A DNA stretch of 64,000 bases, taken from positions 3,365,434 through 3,429,433 of the forward strand of contig CM082593.2 of assembly GCA_040954595.2 (NCBI GenBank), given 5' to 3'. Made by a program: the position numbers and the translations under genes. The stretch's first letter is position 1. Every line of letters starts with the position of its first letter. The notes beneath the pieces were generated by a model. The model did not search any database. It was given only the letters and a program-made list of their open reading frames with translations, and was not told where the DNA came from. The stretch is from Balanoglossus misakiensis (lineage: Eukaryota > Animalia > Hemichordata). Of this stretch, positions 14,864 to 28,540 are shown piece by piece.

Positions 14864-17800
14864 ATGGCTACCTTTTCTCCACCAAAGCTTACGTTGGCAC
14901 AGGAAAAGAAACAGTGAGTTGAACAGATATCTTGCGTTGTTTACATGATGATAAGGTCGTGACCTTAAAATTTAGAGATGACCTCTGTTCGCCTTAGCTA
15001 CCGTGGGGGGGGGGGGGGGGGGGGGGCGTACAGCTGCGTACCACAGCTATGTTCACCTGTGTTTTCCAGAGATCATTTCCCCACAAACAGAAACAGAAGT
15101 GTTCCTCTTCTTTAACTTTTTGTTGTTGTTGTTGTTTATTTAGGAGAGAGAGGAGATGGAAAGAAAAACTGGTCATGCTTAAAATGAAAGAAGAAATCTA
15201 CAAACATCATGCACTTGCACCAGAGTATAGACCAAGGTGGGGATGACTTTTTTCACTGTGTATAATATATTGTCGATTGCGTTTATCTACTACAGTCTGA
15301 GTCAGATATAAAAATTTATAACTTTATCCCTCTGTTTTCTTTTGGATTAGGATAACTGATCCAAGTCCATTATGGAGAGAGTTTGTTAGACAAAGGCAAG
15401 CTTTCAGTTTTGCTGCAACTTTTAAAGAAGTAAGAAATTTGTGATCTTTAGATTAAGAAAAAGCAACTGTAGTTTTTTATGTTAAAGTTTCTGTCAAATA
15501 TCACTTGAATAAACAAGATACAAGAATCATAAGATTTGGATTATTCCCCTTTTTTCTGCAGGATTTACATGTGTTTGCTGTAGACATGGATGAGTCTGGT
15601 CAGAGGAGGTACATTGTGACATCCTATCCACAGTTAAGACACACAGTGTTTCACTGGCACGGCAGTGAACCACCACACTTCTATGAAATCATACCAGAAG
15701 GTAACTTACATACACGTCATGCACATTGGAACATAATAGTTTTATCATCAGGGATGAGCAAAGCTTTTGTCCACTAGACCAAGGGGTAGCTTCAAAAAAG
15801 TCACAGTTTCACTTGCTATTATATCCAATATTGAATGGATTGACTGATCAAGTGACTCCTTGATTTATTTATTTATTTACTTTTTTCTGCAGGAGCTGCT
15901 TGTCACCTCTACTTTGACATTGAATACAGCACAGAACATAATCCAGAGTCTGATGGAATTCAAATGGTCAACACATTCATACAAGTAGGTGTACTTCATC
16001 ATGTAATCTTACTAGTACAAGCATTGATTTGCGTTGACAACTTCATTAACAGACTGTACAAGAGCTGACATACTCAGAAACGTACTTTTGATCTGGGAGA
16101 GTCAGAAGCTTGCTTCTCATCTGGGACGTCAGAAAAATTCACTTCTCAAGTTTCATTTCCATCTACAGTGTGTCTGCCATTATCTGCGTGAAATGTACGA
16201 CATCCAGTGTGACAGAAGGAACATCATTGACCTTGATGCGACCACTGAGAAGAAATTCAGCCGCCATCTAATATTCCGACTTCCTGATGCTGCATTCAGA
16301 GATAACATACACGCTGGTAAGGAAATTTAAAAGACTCTGGGAACTTTATACAAAGACCAGTTTCTACAGTCTAAAATTGTGACAAACCTTGATTGTTAAA
16401 TGTTCACACGCCTGTGCATTACATTACAGGTTGTTTTGTACATCATGTGTGTACGGCTTTGGCCAATCACGCCAGAAACAGAACTTCAAATGACAGCAAT
16501 GGAACGGACGACATAACCAATGCAAAGTCAGAGAAAATGCAAGGCAGTTCCCCAAAGGCCAAGAAACTGAAACTTGATGATGAGGGAGAAGAGAGCGACA
16601 TCCTGTCAAAACTAGATCTGGATCAGTTGTTTGTGTACAACAAAGGAGGAGAAAAGGTTATTTTTGTTGACCAAGGTAAGACAAAATGTTTCCTCTTTTG
16701 TGTTGTTATTGTTGTCGTTATTGCTGTTGCAGTTGTTGTTGTTGTGCATATTAGAGTAACATCATTGTGCATATCATTCATTGCAGGGGTGTACACCAGA
16801 AATAGAAACTTCCGGTTGTACAAGTGTGCCAAGAAAGGCAAGGAGAACGTCTTCAAACTGTCTAAAGAAAACCAGTACAAACCAAAGTTCCAACGTAACT
16901 CCAGGACTCCAGTGGAGTACCAAATATTTGTGGATTCTATTGTCAGCAATGTGAAGTAAGAACAGTTGTATTAAAGTTTCATGTAGTTCATTACAAGCTG
17001 ACGTGTTTGTCATAGATTATCAGACTTAAGCACAGAATAAAATGACAATGCACTGACATGATTGTAAAGATTAATGCATTTCTGGTTTACAGTTTCAGCT
17101 CGAAATTAAGAATACTGGATTGTGAGGGTGAATATGTGAGGCGATCCATCCGGTTACAGAACAAATCCGATCCAGATGCTGACACAGTGTCTGGGTCAGC
17201 TGTGAAAACCCCCACAAAATCACAAGGTGAGCTTAAATCTCTAGATCTGCAGCTGCAATGATTGTGGCAGTGGTCGCTTGTTGAAAATACTTCCATGAAA
17301 CAGTCTCCCGGGGCTTTCCAGTAAAAACCTCCCACATCCAATTTTCCTCTCTGCTGTGTCTTCCAGATGTTGTGGAAGGATTCAAGCAATCTCCCTATCC
17401 AGAGTTGGACGGCTTCATCCGGACCCAGATTAATAAAGGCGGTGTGCAGGGAGAGATCCGTCGGTGGACGTACTTCGCCAATGGAGAACTGATTGTGTAT
17501 GACATCTGCAAGAACAGATGGTGTGAAAATATTGGCAGACAACACAAGAGTAACAATATCATGTAAGTTGTTGATTCATCAATATTCACCCTGTTTGGAC
17601 TGGGCTGGGAATAAGTAGAAGAAGTGTATGTATTTTCCATACAAGTAATAATGGAAGCCACTTATCATCTCAACTTTTCTGTAGGATATTGGTTGATCTG
17701 AAGCAAGGTGTGTACTACCAGAAATGTCACGATCAGGATTGCAAGTCGCAGAACTTCAAAAGCCCCGACCAGCCTGTTCCCTTCGAGTACTTGCCAAGTT

Positions 17801-17973
17801 TCTATGACGACATTGATGACGAGGAGCTCCTGAAGGCACTGGAGCAGATGGAGGAGTCAGGTGGTTGCCGTAGTGATGGGAATGATGAGGAGATTGATGA
17901 GAATGATTTAGATGATGAGACACTCCTCAGGGCAGCTGAGGTATATGAACAGCAGCAGGAGGGTGGTGTGTGA
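14864..17973 (+). CDS. PRIMPOL: DNA-directed primase/polymerase PrimPol, about 11 exons
   Basis: Exons about 14864-14913, 15144-15236 (RRWKEKL..YRPR), 15351-15429, 15562-15700 (HVFA..GQRRYIVT..YEIIPE), 15893-15984 (motif I LYFDIE), 16169-16316 (motif II KFSRH), 16430-16675 (motif III FVD), 16787-16936 (GVYTRNRNFRL), 17091-17226, 17367-17562 (RWCENIGRQHKSNNIM), 17685-17973 (QKCHDQDC zinc finger and acidic RPA-binding-like tail). Confidence 0.96.
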
Positions 17974-18340
17974 ATGGCAGTTTATACAGTGTACATCCCT
18001 TTTGAGTGGTCTCATGTTATATTCATTAAATATATTAAGACTATTTTAAGCATTAAAGTTGATTCTTTAGTTCAGACATTTATGTGTGATTATTATCTTA
18101 AGTTACAGTCGCTTTTCAGTTTGTAAAATGCGGTTAATATCTAGCTTGGTAATTCTAGAAATGAATTAACAAGTCCAATCTAGTTTTAAATAAACCAATT
18201 ATTTTTATTTCCACGTCAAATCTGTTTACGCGTCCGTGGCAACAAGACAAGTTCTCTTGACCTCGCATACGATTCAGATTCGACTTCGAAGTCGAAATCA
18301 TACACAGCGCCACCAGCTGACATTCATGGGTACTCGTACG

Positions 18341-18348
18341 TGACGTCA
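18341..18348. promoter_or_regulatory. CRE palindrome upstream of CDS
   Basis: TGACGTCA about 340 bp upstream of the ATG at 18686. Confidence 0.4.
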
Positions 18349-18685
18349 GCAGATGTGCACCCTAACTAAATAACTAAAACCCGATAGGTTTTTTACTTTG
18401 AAATATGTTTTTAGGTTCATCTAAGATCACGAAAACGATTAGATAACGTCACATATAGCACTTAGCAACTATTAATCCTCACCAAAACCCACGCATGGTT
18501 TATGTACAACGCCAAAAGCAACTATAATTATGCCGTTTTTAAACGATAACTTAAAGGGTCCATTGAATGTAATCACTCTTCAAATTTAGATCAGGGTGCT
18601 GAATCTGGGTGAGTCCGGAGGGTTGCAGTGATTTGACTGCGGATCACTGGTGATTTCCGATATATTTTTGTTGTCAACTGTAACC

Positions 18686-21600
18686 ATGGAGACTGAGCTT
18701 CGACACAGAGGTGGCGAACCCACTGAAAACGAGGATGTGAAGCAAGAAACAACGAAAGCAGAGGAGGTATGTATGTAGTTTCAGTGTGTTTACATCGCTG
18801 TGCACTGAGAATGAGATGTCCTACTTTACATTCATTTTCATTATGGATGGTTGTACAGTATATTAATGAGGACTTTATTTCACCACTGAAAGCACTCGCT
18901 GCAGTTGACAGACCTCACAATGGTTGACTCCTCTGCTGCAGTTGCAAATGAAGGCGAACGAAGAGTCTTTAATTAATTCAAATATATGTCCATTCCACCA
19001 TGATCCAATGCATATTTGACACACTGGCCTGAACTCCACAGTACAGTGGTATTCTCTCTACAGCTCTAAATAATCATATGAATTCACATAGGATAGCACG
19101 TCACATGTTCACTGAATACAAAATATCATTATACTCCAAATAAGTTGTCTGAACAAACTCAGCAAATCCAAAATTGTGATTCCCAGGTGAGTCCTGTCAA
19201 CAAGCTACCAATGGTAGATCAAAATAGGAAACACTAGGGGAGCTGACAGTTGCATACATTATGAAAATATCCTTAATTATTATTAACCACCATATTTTAA
19301 TAAACCCAGGTCATACAAGGACAAAAAGCATCATAAATGTGAAATCATTTGCATGGGGTAGGGGGTTAGAACCTCTACAATTGAAATAATGTGTGTACAG
19401 TAGGTTCTGTATATTTGTCTATACGCGTCCTCTAAAAAAAAAGGTCATAATCATGACAGTATAAGGCCAAACTTCAAGTATGTGGTAATGTATGAACTAA
19501 CAGAAATGTCTGTACAGTAGTACGTACCCTATTGTACTTTGTAAATGTGGGTCCTTGCACCAGTTTGTTTGTGAGTTCAAAGTTCATAGAGGCCAGAGAT
19601 CACCTCATCACAAAAGACATTTATCTGTCATTGATGATACCACAAATTACTAGGGCAGAGTTCGTTCACTCTGAATTCGGTGTCTTTTCCATTGTGTCTC
19701 TTTAGAATGTACATAGTTCACTAATTGTCATAGCAATGTGCAAATTCAGCCGTTATTCAAAATTATGCAACACACTCCTCAACATAAATACCAGTATCAT
19801 TCTAACGTCAGACATTTTTTTCAAATGACTGTAAATGCAGAAATAGAATGATCTCATCCAGATCCTTGAGACAAGAATTGGACAATGACGAGCAGCAGAC
19901 GTGAACAACCACTTCCCAAACAAAATAAATCTCGACAATTTTATAATGAAGCAAATATATCTCCTTGTAGTTTGAGGAGGATTTGATAATTAATTGCAGT
20001 GGTATCATTAATCAGCTTTGAGTTCAATGCATTACTTTTTGACTTTTAAGATGCCTAGGATGTGTTGTCATAGCGATATATATCAATTATGAAAAGCAAT
20101 TAAGAAAATCTTCTTCTGATCCAGTATTAATACTAGTAGTTGATATGAAAGAGATAATATATTATAAATCATGGTTAGTTGTACCTTAATTGCTATGAGA
20201 GAGAGGGAGAAACTATTCATGTATATAAACACATATACGAATATAATTCTATTGTTTGTTTGTTTGATGCTATCCTGGACTAATATCTCATCAATATTTC
20301 ATCAAGCATCTTTTGCATGAAAAGCATTGCCATGGAAATGCGTTATTTTGGATTGGACTGACATTTACAGTACTTACCTGTAGACCTGTACATGTATACG
20401 TGTATGTCGTGATGTATTTAATTGAGCATGTTTTATGCCAGCAGTGATTGTCTGCAAATGGGCACCATTATGGTTCTTGCTTTGGGGGATCAGTTACAGT
20501 GTATAGATCACCTGTCAGAGATGATGCTTGTTGTATTGTTCAATCCTACGTGGTCACGAAGGGTTTCAGCATGCACGACAGCCATAATGGTTGAGATAAA
20601 TACATTGCACTGGTAGTGCAGAATTAGTAGCCAGGCTGAGTTTATTCTCCATGTGTTACAGAGAAATATCATTTTGCGATGACTGTTTGGTTTACTATTC
20701 AGCTTTCTCTCCATTACATACCACACCAAAGGTTATCAGAAAGCTATATTTATGGCTTTTGCATTTGTATGCAACAGCTGTTACTGTATTCTCTGTACAG
20801 TAGCTGATGCATGATGTGTTACGAGGTCGTAATTAGCCTTCGATGCACTCACTGTCATATGTACGCAATATAAATGTGTATGCAAGGTTTTACAGTCAAT
20901 TATTACACTTTATTGTAAACTTTGGTCAAAATTTTCAACTGATGTACAGAATTATACAGATGTCAATGTCAATTGAGCCTGACTGCTGTCAATTGTTATT
21001 GTTAGTAACTAAAAGGTCACCCAAGGTCACACTGTATCAGACAGTACAGGGGCATGTGGTATGTTACCTAGTCCAGTAATACCATCAACAGCTTTAGCAT
21101 CATCACGCTAAAATTAGCAGGGCTAAACATAAAAGATCTAGTATCTCATAGAGATTTTATTTGAATTTTTCAGGCGGCACCCACGCATATTCCTAAAGGA
21201 GTGGATGGTGCTTTGCCCAAATTAGATGAGAAAGAACCTCCGGTACCACCAGCACAGGAACAAGTACCGGAAGTCTTGAAAGGATTAACTCCAAGGTATT
21301 TCAGGATTTACCGTACATGGATGATTATTAACACTGGAATTCCTTTTGATTTGCGAGCTGAAGGGGCAAAGGTTACATTGCTTCAAGACGTGAACACACT
21401 TCCTTAGATGCAGTGAACACTACTCTATTGACAAATTAGATTTTCAGTTTCTTTCCCTGACAGATGTGACACACTGTCTGGAAGAAGACAATCCCTGAAT
21501 TCTCTCGAAACCCGAGAAAATAATCATCAATTGGTAGATGTACTTTTAGTATTAAAAGAGCACTCCAAGTAGAAACTTGAAGGATTTATTATTTTCCAGA

Positions 21601-24510
21601 TGGAGAAATTGGATCATCCGTGGAGCGGTAACCATAGTACTGGTGTTTGGGTTTGTTCTAATTATATGGATCGGACCGCTTGCATTAGTCGCCTTGGTAA
21701 GTTGAGAAGTATTCTAATTTCTTTTCTACAAAAATGTCTGTGAATATTACCATTGCATCGTAATAACAGAATCCTGAATTTTTCCCCTAATCCATAATTT
21801 ACATCCTCTTTTCTGCTTAGATTATGTTGATTCAGTTGGCATGTTTCCGAGAAATCATTAACATCGGTTACGCAGTGTACAAGTCGCAAGATCTGCCCTG
21901 GTTTCGAACTCTCAGCTGGTACTTCCTTCTGTGTGCCAACTACTTCTTCTACGGAGAGAGTATAAGAGACTATTTTGGTATGTTGCTGCACAAAGAACTT
22001 GTAAGTATCATTTGTGGATAGTTCCGAGGCTAAGGAAAGTTTGGAAGTTCATGGAAAGACTGACTATCTAATTCTGTGGAAACACTAAAATGAAACTGCA
22101 TAGTTGAACAAATTGGGTCAAGTGACCATGAAATGCTGATAACACACAGATTACCAAGTAACAGATCAATTAATCAGTCAACCAACCAATCAATCCATCG
22201 ATCAATCAGAGTTAATCAGTCATTTTGCAACAATGACAAAAGGGACTACACAAAGACAGTGACAAAAAAAAAAAAAAAAAAATATATATGGATATAGACT
22301 TATCAGCTTGACAACTAAATATCTGTCTTTTGTTTCTAGGAATTTCTACAGCCGATCGCCGACTATCATCGTTTCATTTCATTCACATTGTACATCATTG
22401 GATTCTGTTGCTTTGTGCTATCACTGGTGAAGCAGCATTATCTCGTGCAGTTTACTCTGGTGAGTAAAATAAAGCTAAGTTCACCCCCAGTACCCTCTAT
22501 TTAGGTCCAACTATACCATAGAAAACAATAGGTTTGGACCAAACCATGGTTGTGAAAGGGTTAATTCACCCACTTTTTAAAACAATCTGGGGCCTTTGAT
22601 ACCACAATCTCACAAAGATTTTAACTTATTTTTTTAAAATCAGCTTTGCTTGTTACATAATCTGAACATAGTGTCCCCTTTGGGTCCAGGGGTCACAGAT
22701 GGGTTCAAAGATCAAAGGGGAACATAGACCTTTTTTTCAGTCAATCACTAAGAGATTAGTAGCCATGGTAACTGTTTCCTTACAGCACTAGCAAGGACTG
22801 TCCGTGTGTCAGCAATTGTATATAGCGCCCTCCAGGGTTGAAATTGTAAAAAAATATAAATTCCATCTCATGCTAATTTGATTTTCTCGTTTCAGTTTGG
22901 CTGGACCCATGTCACCTTGCTGATAGTTGTAACACAGTCTCATCTTCTAGTGCAGTGTGTATTTCAAGGACTCATCTGGTTTCTGCTGTCTACTTCAATG
23001 ATCATCTGTAATGACATCATGGCCTACATATTCGGTGAGTCACATTTTGACGATAAATGTTGTGTATTGTAGTTTTACATGCACTGTTGTCTCACTCAAA
23101 AAAATATTAAAACACTGATCATCGTTTTCATATTATTTTCCTCTTTACAGGATTTTTCTTTGGAAGGACCTCCCTGATCAAGTTATCACCAAAGAAGACG
23201 TGGGAAGGTTTTATCGGCGCATTCTTCTCTACCCTTGTTTGGGGATTCTGTGTAAGTATAAGACTGTGCTTGTGCGGCAAGCTCAGTGCAATTTTGACAT
23301 TTGAAACTATAAATTGGAGTTAAAAACTAGCACCGAATGTGCGGACCATTTATTATCTCTGATCGCATTTTCCTGTTTGTTTTTTGTTCAACAGATTGCA
23401 TATGTTCTGGCTCCATACAAGCATTTCACATGCCCTGCTGAGGTAAGAAAGCAAGATTTTTTGTCTTTGTCAGTTTAGTCAAATTTTGATCTTTCATAAA
23501 AATTTACTTGGTAACGCTACATATATGTTGGCCTGTACTGGGGCTACCCAGTAAGTAATGGTTTGGGTATGAACCCTGGCAGGACCTCAGACTTCTTGTG
23601 AGTTTTGTCAAAAGTGCGAACTTCTAAGATCTTGAATTTTTTCATTTCAGTACGACATTGAGGTTGGGCGCTTTACCATGGATTGTGTGCCGTCATCCAC
23701 CTTTGAACTTCAAGAATACAAGCTCCCAATGGTTCTGCAAGGAATCTTGGCGTTGGTGCGTAGACCCTGCTCCTTATGTTGCATGTAGGCATAACATATA
23801 AAGAGAATTGTTGTCTGAAAAACAGGAATTCTCGTCAATTCTAATTTGCCATTTCTTCTTCTCCAGTTTGGAATCTACAAGAAGACAATGTGGCTGTATC
23901 CAATCCAGATTCACTCTTTCGCGTTGGCCAGCTTTGCGTCCCTCGTCAGCCCCTTTGGAGGATTCTTTGCCAGTGGGTTCAAAAGAGCTTTTAAAATAAA
24001 AGTAAGTCAACATAGACTATGGTATGAAGGATGAAAATATTGTTGATGCTATGAAAAATGAACGTGGCAGTTGTTTTTCAGATTTTGTGAGAAAATCGGC
24101 TAATAAAATTTGAATTTTTTTCTTCTTCAGGATTTTGGTGATGTCTTGCCAGGCCATGGTGGCATCATGGACAGGTTTGATTGTCAGTACTTGATGGCAT
24201 CTTTCCTCCACGTCTACCTAAGCAGCTTTATCAGGTAACCGTTTCCAGATTGGACAGACTTTCTATGTATTTTGAAACTTTGTGTGCCATGCACTATTAG
24301 GAAATGTTTGCCTAATATGAAAATTTAATTTCCATTTTCAAATTGAATCGAAATCTTTAAAAATAGAATTTTCTGTGTCCTTCCCTCTCCAGGACGGCCA
24401 GCCCGGCGAAACTACTCCAGCAAGTTGTCGCCATGACACCAGAACAACAGCTGCACATCTTCGACAAGTTGAGAGATCATCTCATCAAGAAGGGGTTTCT
24501 CAATCTGTAG
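18686..24510 (+). CDS. CDS2: Phosphatidate cytidylyltransferase (CDP-diacylglycerol synthase, CDS1/CDS2 family), about 12 exons
   Basis: Exons about 18686-18766 (METELRHR), 21174-21295, 21600-21696 (RWRNWIIRG), 21821-22000 ([12 protein letters not shown]), 22341-22459, 22896-23034 ([20 protein letters not shown]), 23151-23251 ([15 protein letters not shown]), 23395-23442, 23651-23755, 23867-24001, 24131-24234, 24393-24510. Signature [27 protein letters not shown] is present. Probably the pro-orthologue of both CDS1 and CDS2. Confidence 0.96.
22480..22564. mobile_element. Copy of a ~90 bp piggyBac-type MITE (left end degraded)
   Basis: Ends in TGAAAGGG-TTAA; its interior is the reverse complement of the copy at 55631-55722 (CCATGGTTTGGTCCAAA..TTGTTTTCTATG..TTGGACCT). 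Confidence 0.75.
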
Positions 24511-27500
24511 ATCAGGGGCTGTACTCTGGAACATTGCAGCATACAGAGATAGGCAAGTTTCTGCATTTTTAGAGAAAAAAAAAGACAGATGAAAGATTGA
24601 AATTGTGATCATAAGACTAAATTTCCATGCAAGAACCGACGAGGTTCTTTAGTCTTTGTGTGTCTAAAAAATTTGGGGGAAAAAACTGTACAGAAAATGT
24701 CCAAATTTCCACACCATAAAAAAGGCAAATTAATATAGTGACTTTGTGCAATCTGTTTTTAATATTCCGACTTACCTCAAAAGACAACTAATTAAAATAT
24801 TAGTCGACTGTCAGCTGTTATTTTCCACCAATCAGATCGTTATTTTGATTTTTATACTTTTGCATTTATGTTTATGATGGCTGCTTTTCAAGATTCCATT
24901 AAGTTTATTAGTATCCCCATTTTGGAAATTATCTCTAGGTATAGGATAAAATCGGTTGCAGCAGATTTCAAACTCTTGTGGGTCTGGGAACATGTCTTGT
25001 TCTGAGAGTAGTTTTGTGTTGTCTGTCTGCGTACCTGAAATATTTCCTTTCCAGCATGATTGTACAGAATTCTGGTGCACTCCACTCTCCCCCCCCCCCT
25101 CCTTGCCACAGTAAAGTAGTCTTCCCCAGGTGGGTGGTCATATGACTGTTAGAATAAGGTCATGTGAAATTCTGTCATTGGTTCAAGAGGTCAAAGGTCA
25201 TCATTTCTGACCATTTGATTTGCTAACTTCATCGGGATAGACAGAATTTAATTTTGGCTATTAAACATTTCATTTCACTTGTAATATAGCCTTTTCAATG
25301 CAATCTGTCAATAGAGATGAAATATTTTAGTTTAAGAATATTTTTGATAGCTTTTTTTTTCCTTAAATAGATTATTATTTCTAAATAACTTTGTTTCTCA
25401 AATTTTGTCTGTGATGAACTTCAGTGTGTATATTTTTTCAATTCTGTGGTGGGAACCACTAAGAAAGCTTGGAACTGATTGGATGGTTCTTGCACCAAAC
25501 TACATGTACCAATAAGCAGCAGTGTTACATCTGGTGTTAGAGTGCCCCTGTGCTTTCCAGATCCATAGCCATGGGAGAGCACTGTTTGAATTGCAGATTT
25601 AACTTGTGTCAAATTGTGTAGAGGTCATGTCAAATGTGACATGTGCTAGCTTACCTTTGCAAGTATGTGATGCAATAATGTTCCAATCCATGACAAAGTC
25701 CGCACTGACCTGCTGGGCAGATAAGGGTGAGTGGGCTTTGTTAGTGGTACGAGGGGTGATGTCATTTCTGTAAATTATGCTTTCAAAAACCGCGATTAGA
25801 TAAGTTCAGATGAAATACGAATTTTTATCAAACATTATTCATTAGTAAATTATTCTAACTGTGTAACTTTGATATTTATCGTGTCAGACATAGCACCTTA
25901 CAGACACCATTATTTGTTTTTACATTGGAATCAATGGAGTCCACTATGAATTTACTGGTCTTTTTTCAATGGTTCCTCACTATTGAACATTTTTTTTTCA
26001 CCTTACTTGCTACTTGAAACTTTCATCGTATGTGATAATATTTAAGGAAACCTTGTGAGACAGTTTAATATCGAAATTTAAACCTGTGGTAGCTATTTTT
26101 GTGGTTGGTTTTAGCGATTTCAATTATGAAAAAATATAGGAAAATTTTAGCTTTAAAATGGCATTGATTTTAATTACAGTTTGTGATGAAAGTGTGTTAG
26201 GATACACAAAAGTTGTGTTTTGAATTCTCAAAAAGACCTTGGAGTGCATAATGAAAACTTTTTTTCGGACTGATGGGAATCAAGTTTCTGACCAGCTGAT
26301 TCCAAAACAAGAGAATCACTGTTAGTAAATGTGAGGGCGCTCTCTAACCACCTTGTAGGTATGCGTCATGAAACCAACCAAACTTTGATTTGTGTAAAAT
26401 ATAACTAGATAAACTTGTGAGATTGTAAATACTAGTTTTAATAACTTTTCTGAACATAACCCACGAATGATAAAAAGCTGCATGCTGTATTTTATCGCAG
26501 AGATCGTGCAATATAACTTTGTGGTAGGCAGAGAAACAGAAACTGTAAACAATGTTACTTTTTCACTGGAATTCATTTTTACGGATGTCAGAAATCTAGA
26601 GTGTCACCATGACTTTGTTTTATTATCTAAGTTTGTTAAAATTCCATGTGAAAATAAGAATTCAACAGTAAATAATTATCTATCTAATTTTGCATTAATA
26701 GAAAAACCCCAGAGTACATTGATTGTAATTTAACAAGCGTGCACTATATCCGCACTTCGATAGATTTCATATAATTTACTCAACTTCTGTGAAAAATCTG
26801 ATATTTATTGATTTTCTGATATATTTGTGTCACTATATATAACACATAACGGTTACATAAATCTCAGTAGTGGTTATAGGGATGTGATTGTTTCCAAAAG
26901 TCATATTTTTCAAGAGTTTCCATGTCATGATGATAATAATCTCAGTAGTTTTAGAAATAATCCCATTAAAACATCTGTAATTTAGTTAACTCTTCTCCTA
27001 CTCTTTGTCAAATTAAATATTTCCTATTTATTGTTTGAAATTTCAACCTTCTCTACTCCGATAATTATAAAAATAATCACATTTTCAATTCATTTAATAA
27101 TTGTGTATTATAAAACTTGTTCGGTAGGTTGATTTGTATATTTTGTTCAGAATAGACATTAAAGATTAGTGATCATTTAGTCTAACAGTGTGTGTAGGAG
27201 TTTTATTTTTATTTTTTTGCTAATAATTTACTTTATTTTGCTAAAAAGGCAGCATTAATTTGTTGTTGTCTTTTATGGCATTCTTGTAGTGACGTAGACA
27301 TGGACGTTTGGAAGTCTGAAGTTTTTAACTAAGGCCAAAAAGGGCCTCAAACATACTGATAGGCCAATTTCATGACCTGCACTTGACCTTACATGCTGAC
27401 CTAGGGTCAAACAATCGAGAAACAACACCATCAGAAATTGAAACATTACAAATGTCATTTTTATTTTACTGGGTTTTATTTATCAAACCATTATGATAAT

Positions 27501-27924
27501 CTTCTGTCCCTTGTACAAATTTTGACGACTGTCAACCGAAGGTCGACATGTCACTGGAATGATTGACTGAATATGTACACCATATTTTAAATCATTTTTT
27601 ACTTAAATTCACATCAGTGAAATCAAAACATTGTAGAAAAAATACAACCACATAATCATTAACAGTTTCAACTTTTCAACAAATGATTAAGACACGACTA
27701 CTTACATATACTGTAAAACACTCAAACTTTTGTAAATTTCCTGATTATGTGAAAATCACATTGAAGCAGCAAAAAACAAGAAAAAAACGTTTCAAGGCTG
27801 TTTAAAGCAACATTAACAGTGCTATTAATATAATGCACTGCCCTTATCCCTGGAAACCAAGCAATGGTCTACCCAGGACAAAAAAGTCAAAGTCAACTGC
27901 TTTATGAAACCCCCATCACTGACT

Positions 27925-28017
27925 TTAACCCTTTCACCCCCAATTTCCCTGTAGAGAGACCCAGCATTGCCACTGAATCAATGGACTTGACCTAAACTAT
28001 AGTGTTGAAAGGGTTAA
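27925..28017. mobile_element. ~90 bp piggyBac-type MITE
   Basis: TTAA-CCCTTTCA ... TGAAAGGG-TTAA: TTAA duplication with CCC/GGG termini. Interior is related to the copies at 22480 and 55631. Confidence 0.8.
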
Positions 28018-28540
28018 AGCCATTTCATGTATTAATGTTTCAATATTTAGCACATTGTTAGTATTTCACCTTTCATTGTCAAGGTTAAGTTAATCAAAAA
28101 CGTATTGCCTTTCTCCCACAACTTGAAATAGCATAGCTGCCGAACAATAAATAGTTGAGATTTTAGTCCAAAATTGTTAACGTAATCGTAGAGATGTTTG
28201 TGGTGAATATTAGCTTTTTTTTGCCTTCTGTATGTGATTGAGTAAACTATGAGAGAAAGTTTAAGATTTTGATTTCCGAGGTGCATGTACCGTAAAACAG
28301 GTTCAAGAAAGCAAAGGTGACAAAGATGGGACAGTAAAACAAACTGCAGGCAAATGGTCTCCGGCACAAATGCTGGGAATCGTCGTCGCCCCTTTTCCTG
28401 GATTGTATGAGCGTGCACAGGGAAAGACAGTGCGGCCGGGAATCCAACACCCCATCATTGCAAAGTGTCCCCTTAAAATGGCAAGTTCATGTCACCCATT
28501 GGCGACTAATCCCACTGAAAGAGAGAGAAACGTGACTCTG

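Noticed and set aside
15005-15026. Poly-G tract (possible G-quadruplex) in PRIMPOL intron 1
   Set aside because: Poly-G/C runs occur throughout the window (about 1195, 1981, 3733, 45535, 57040), so it is not specific.
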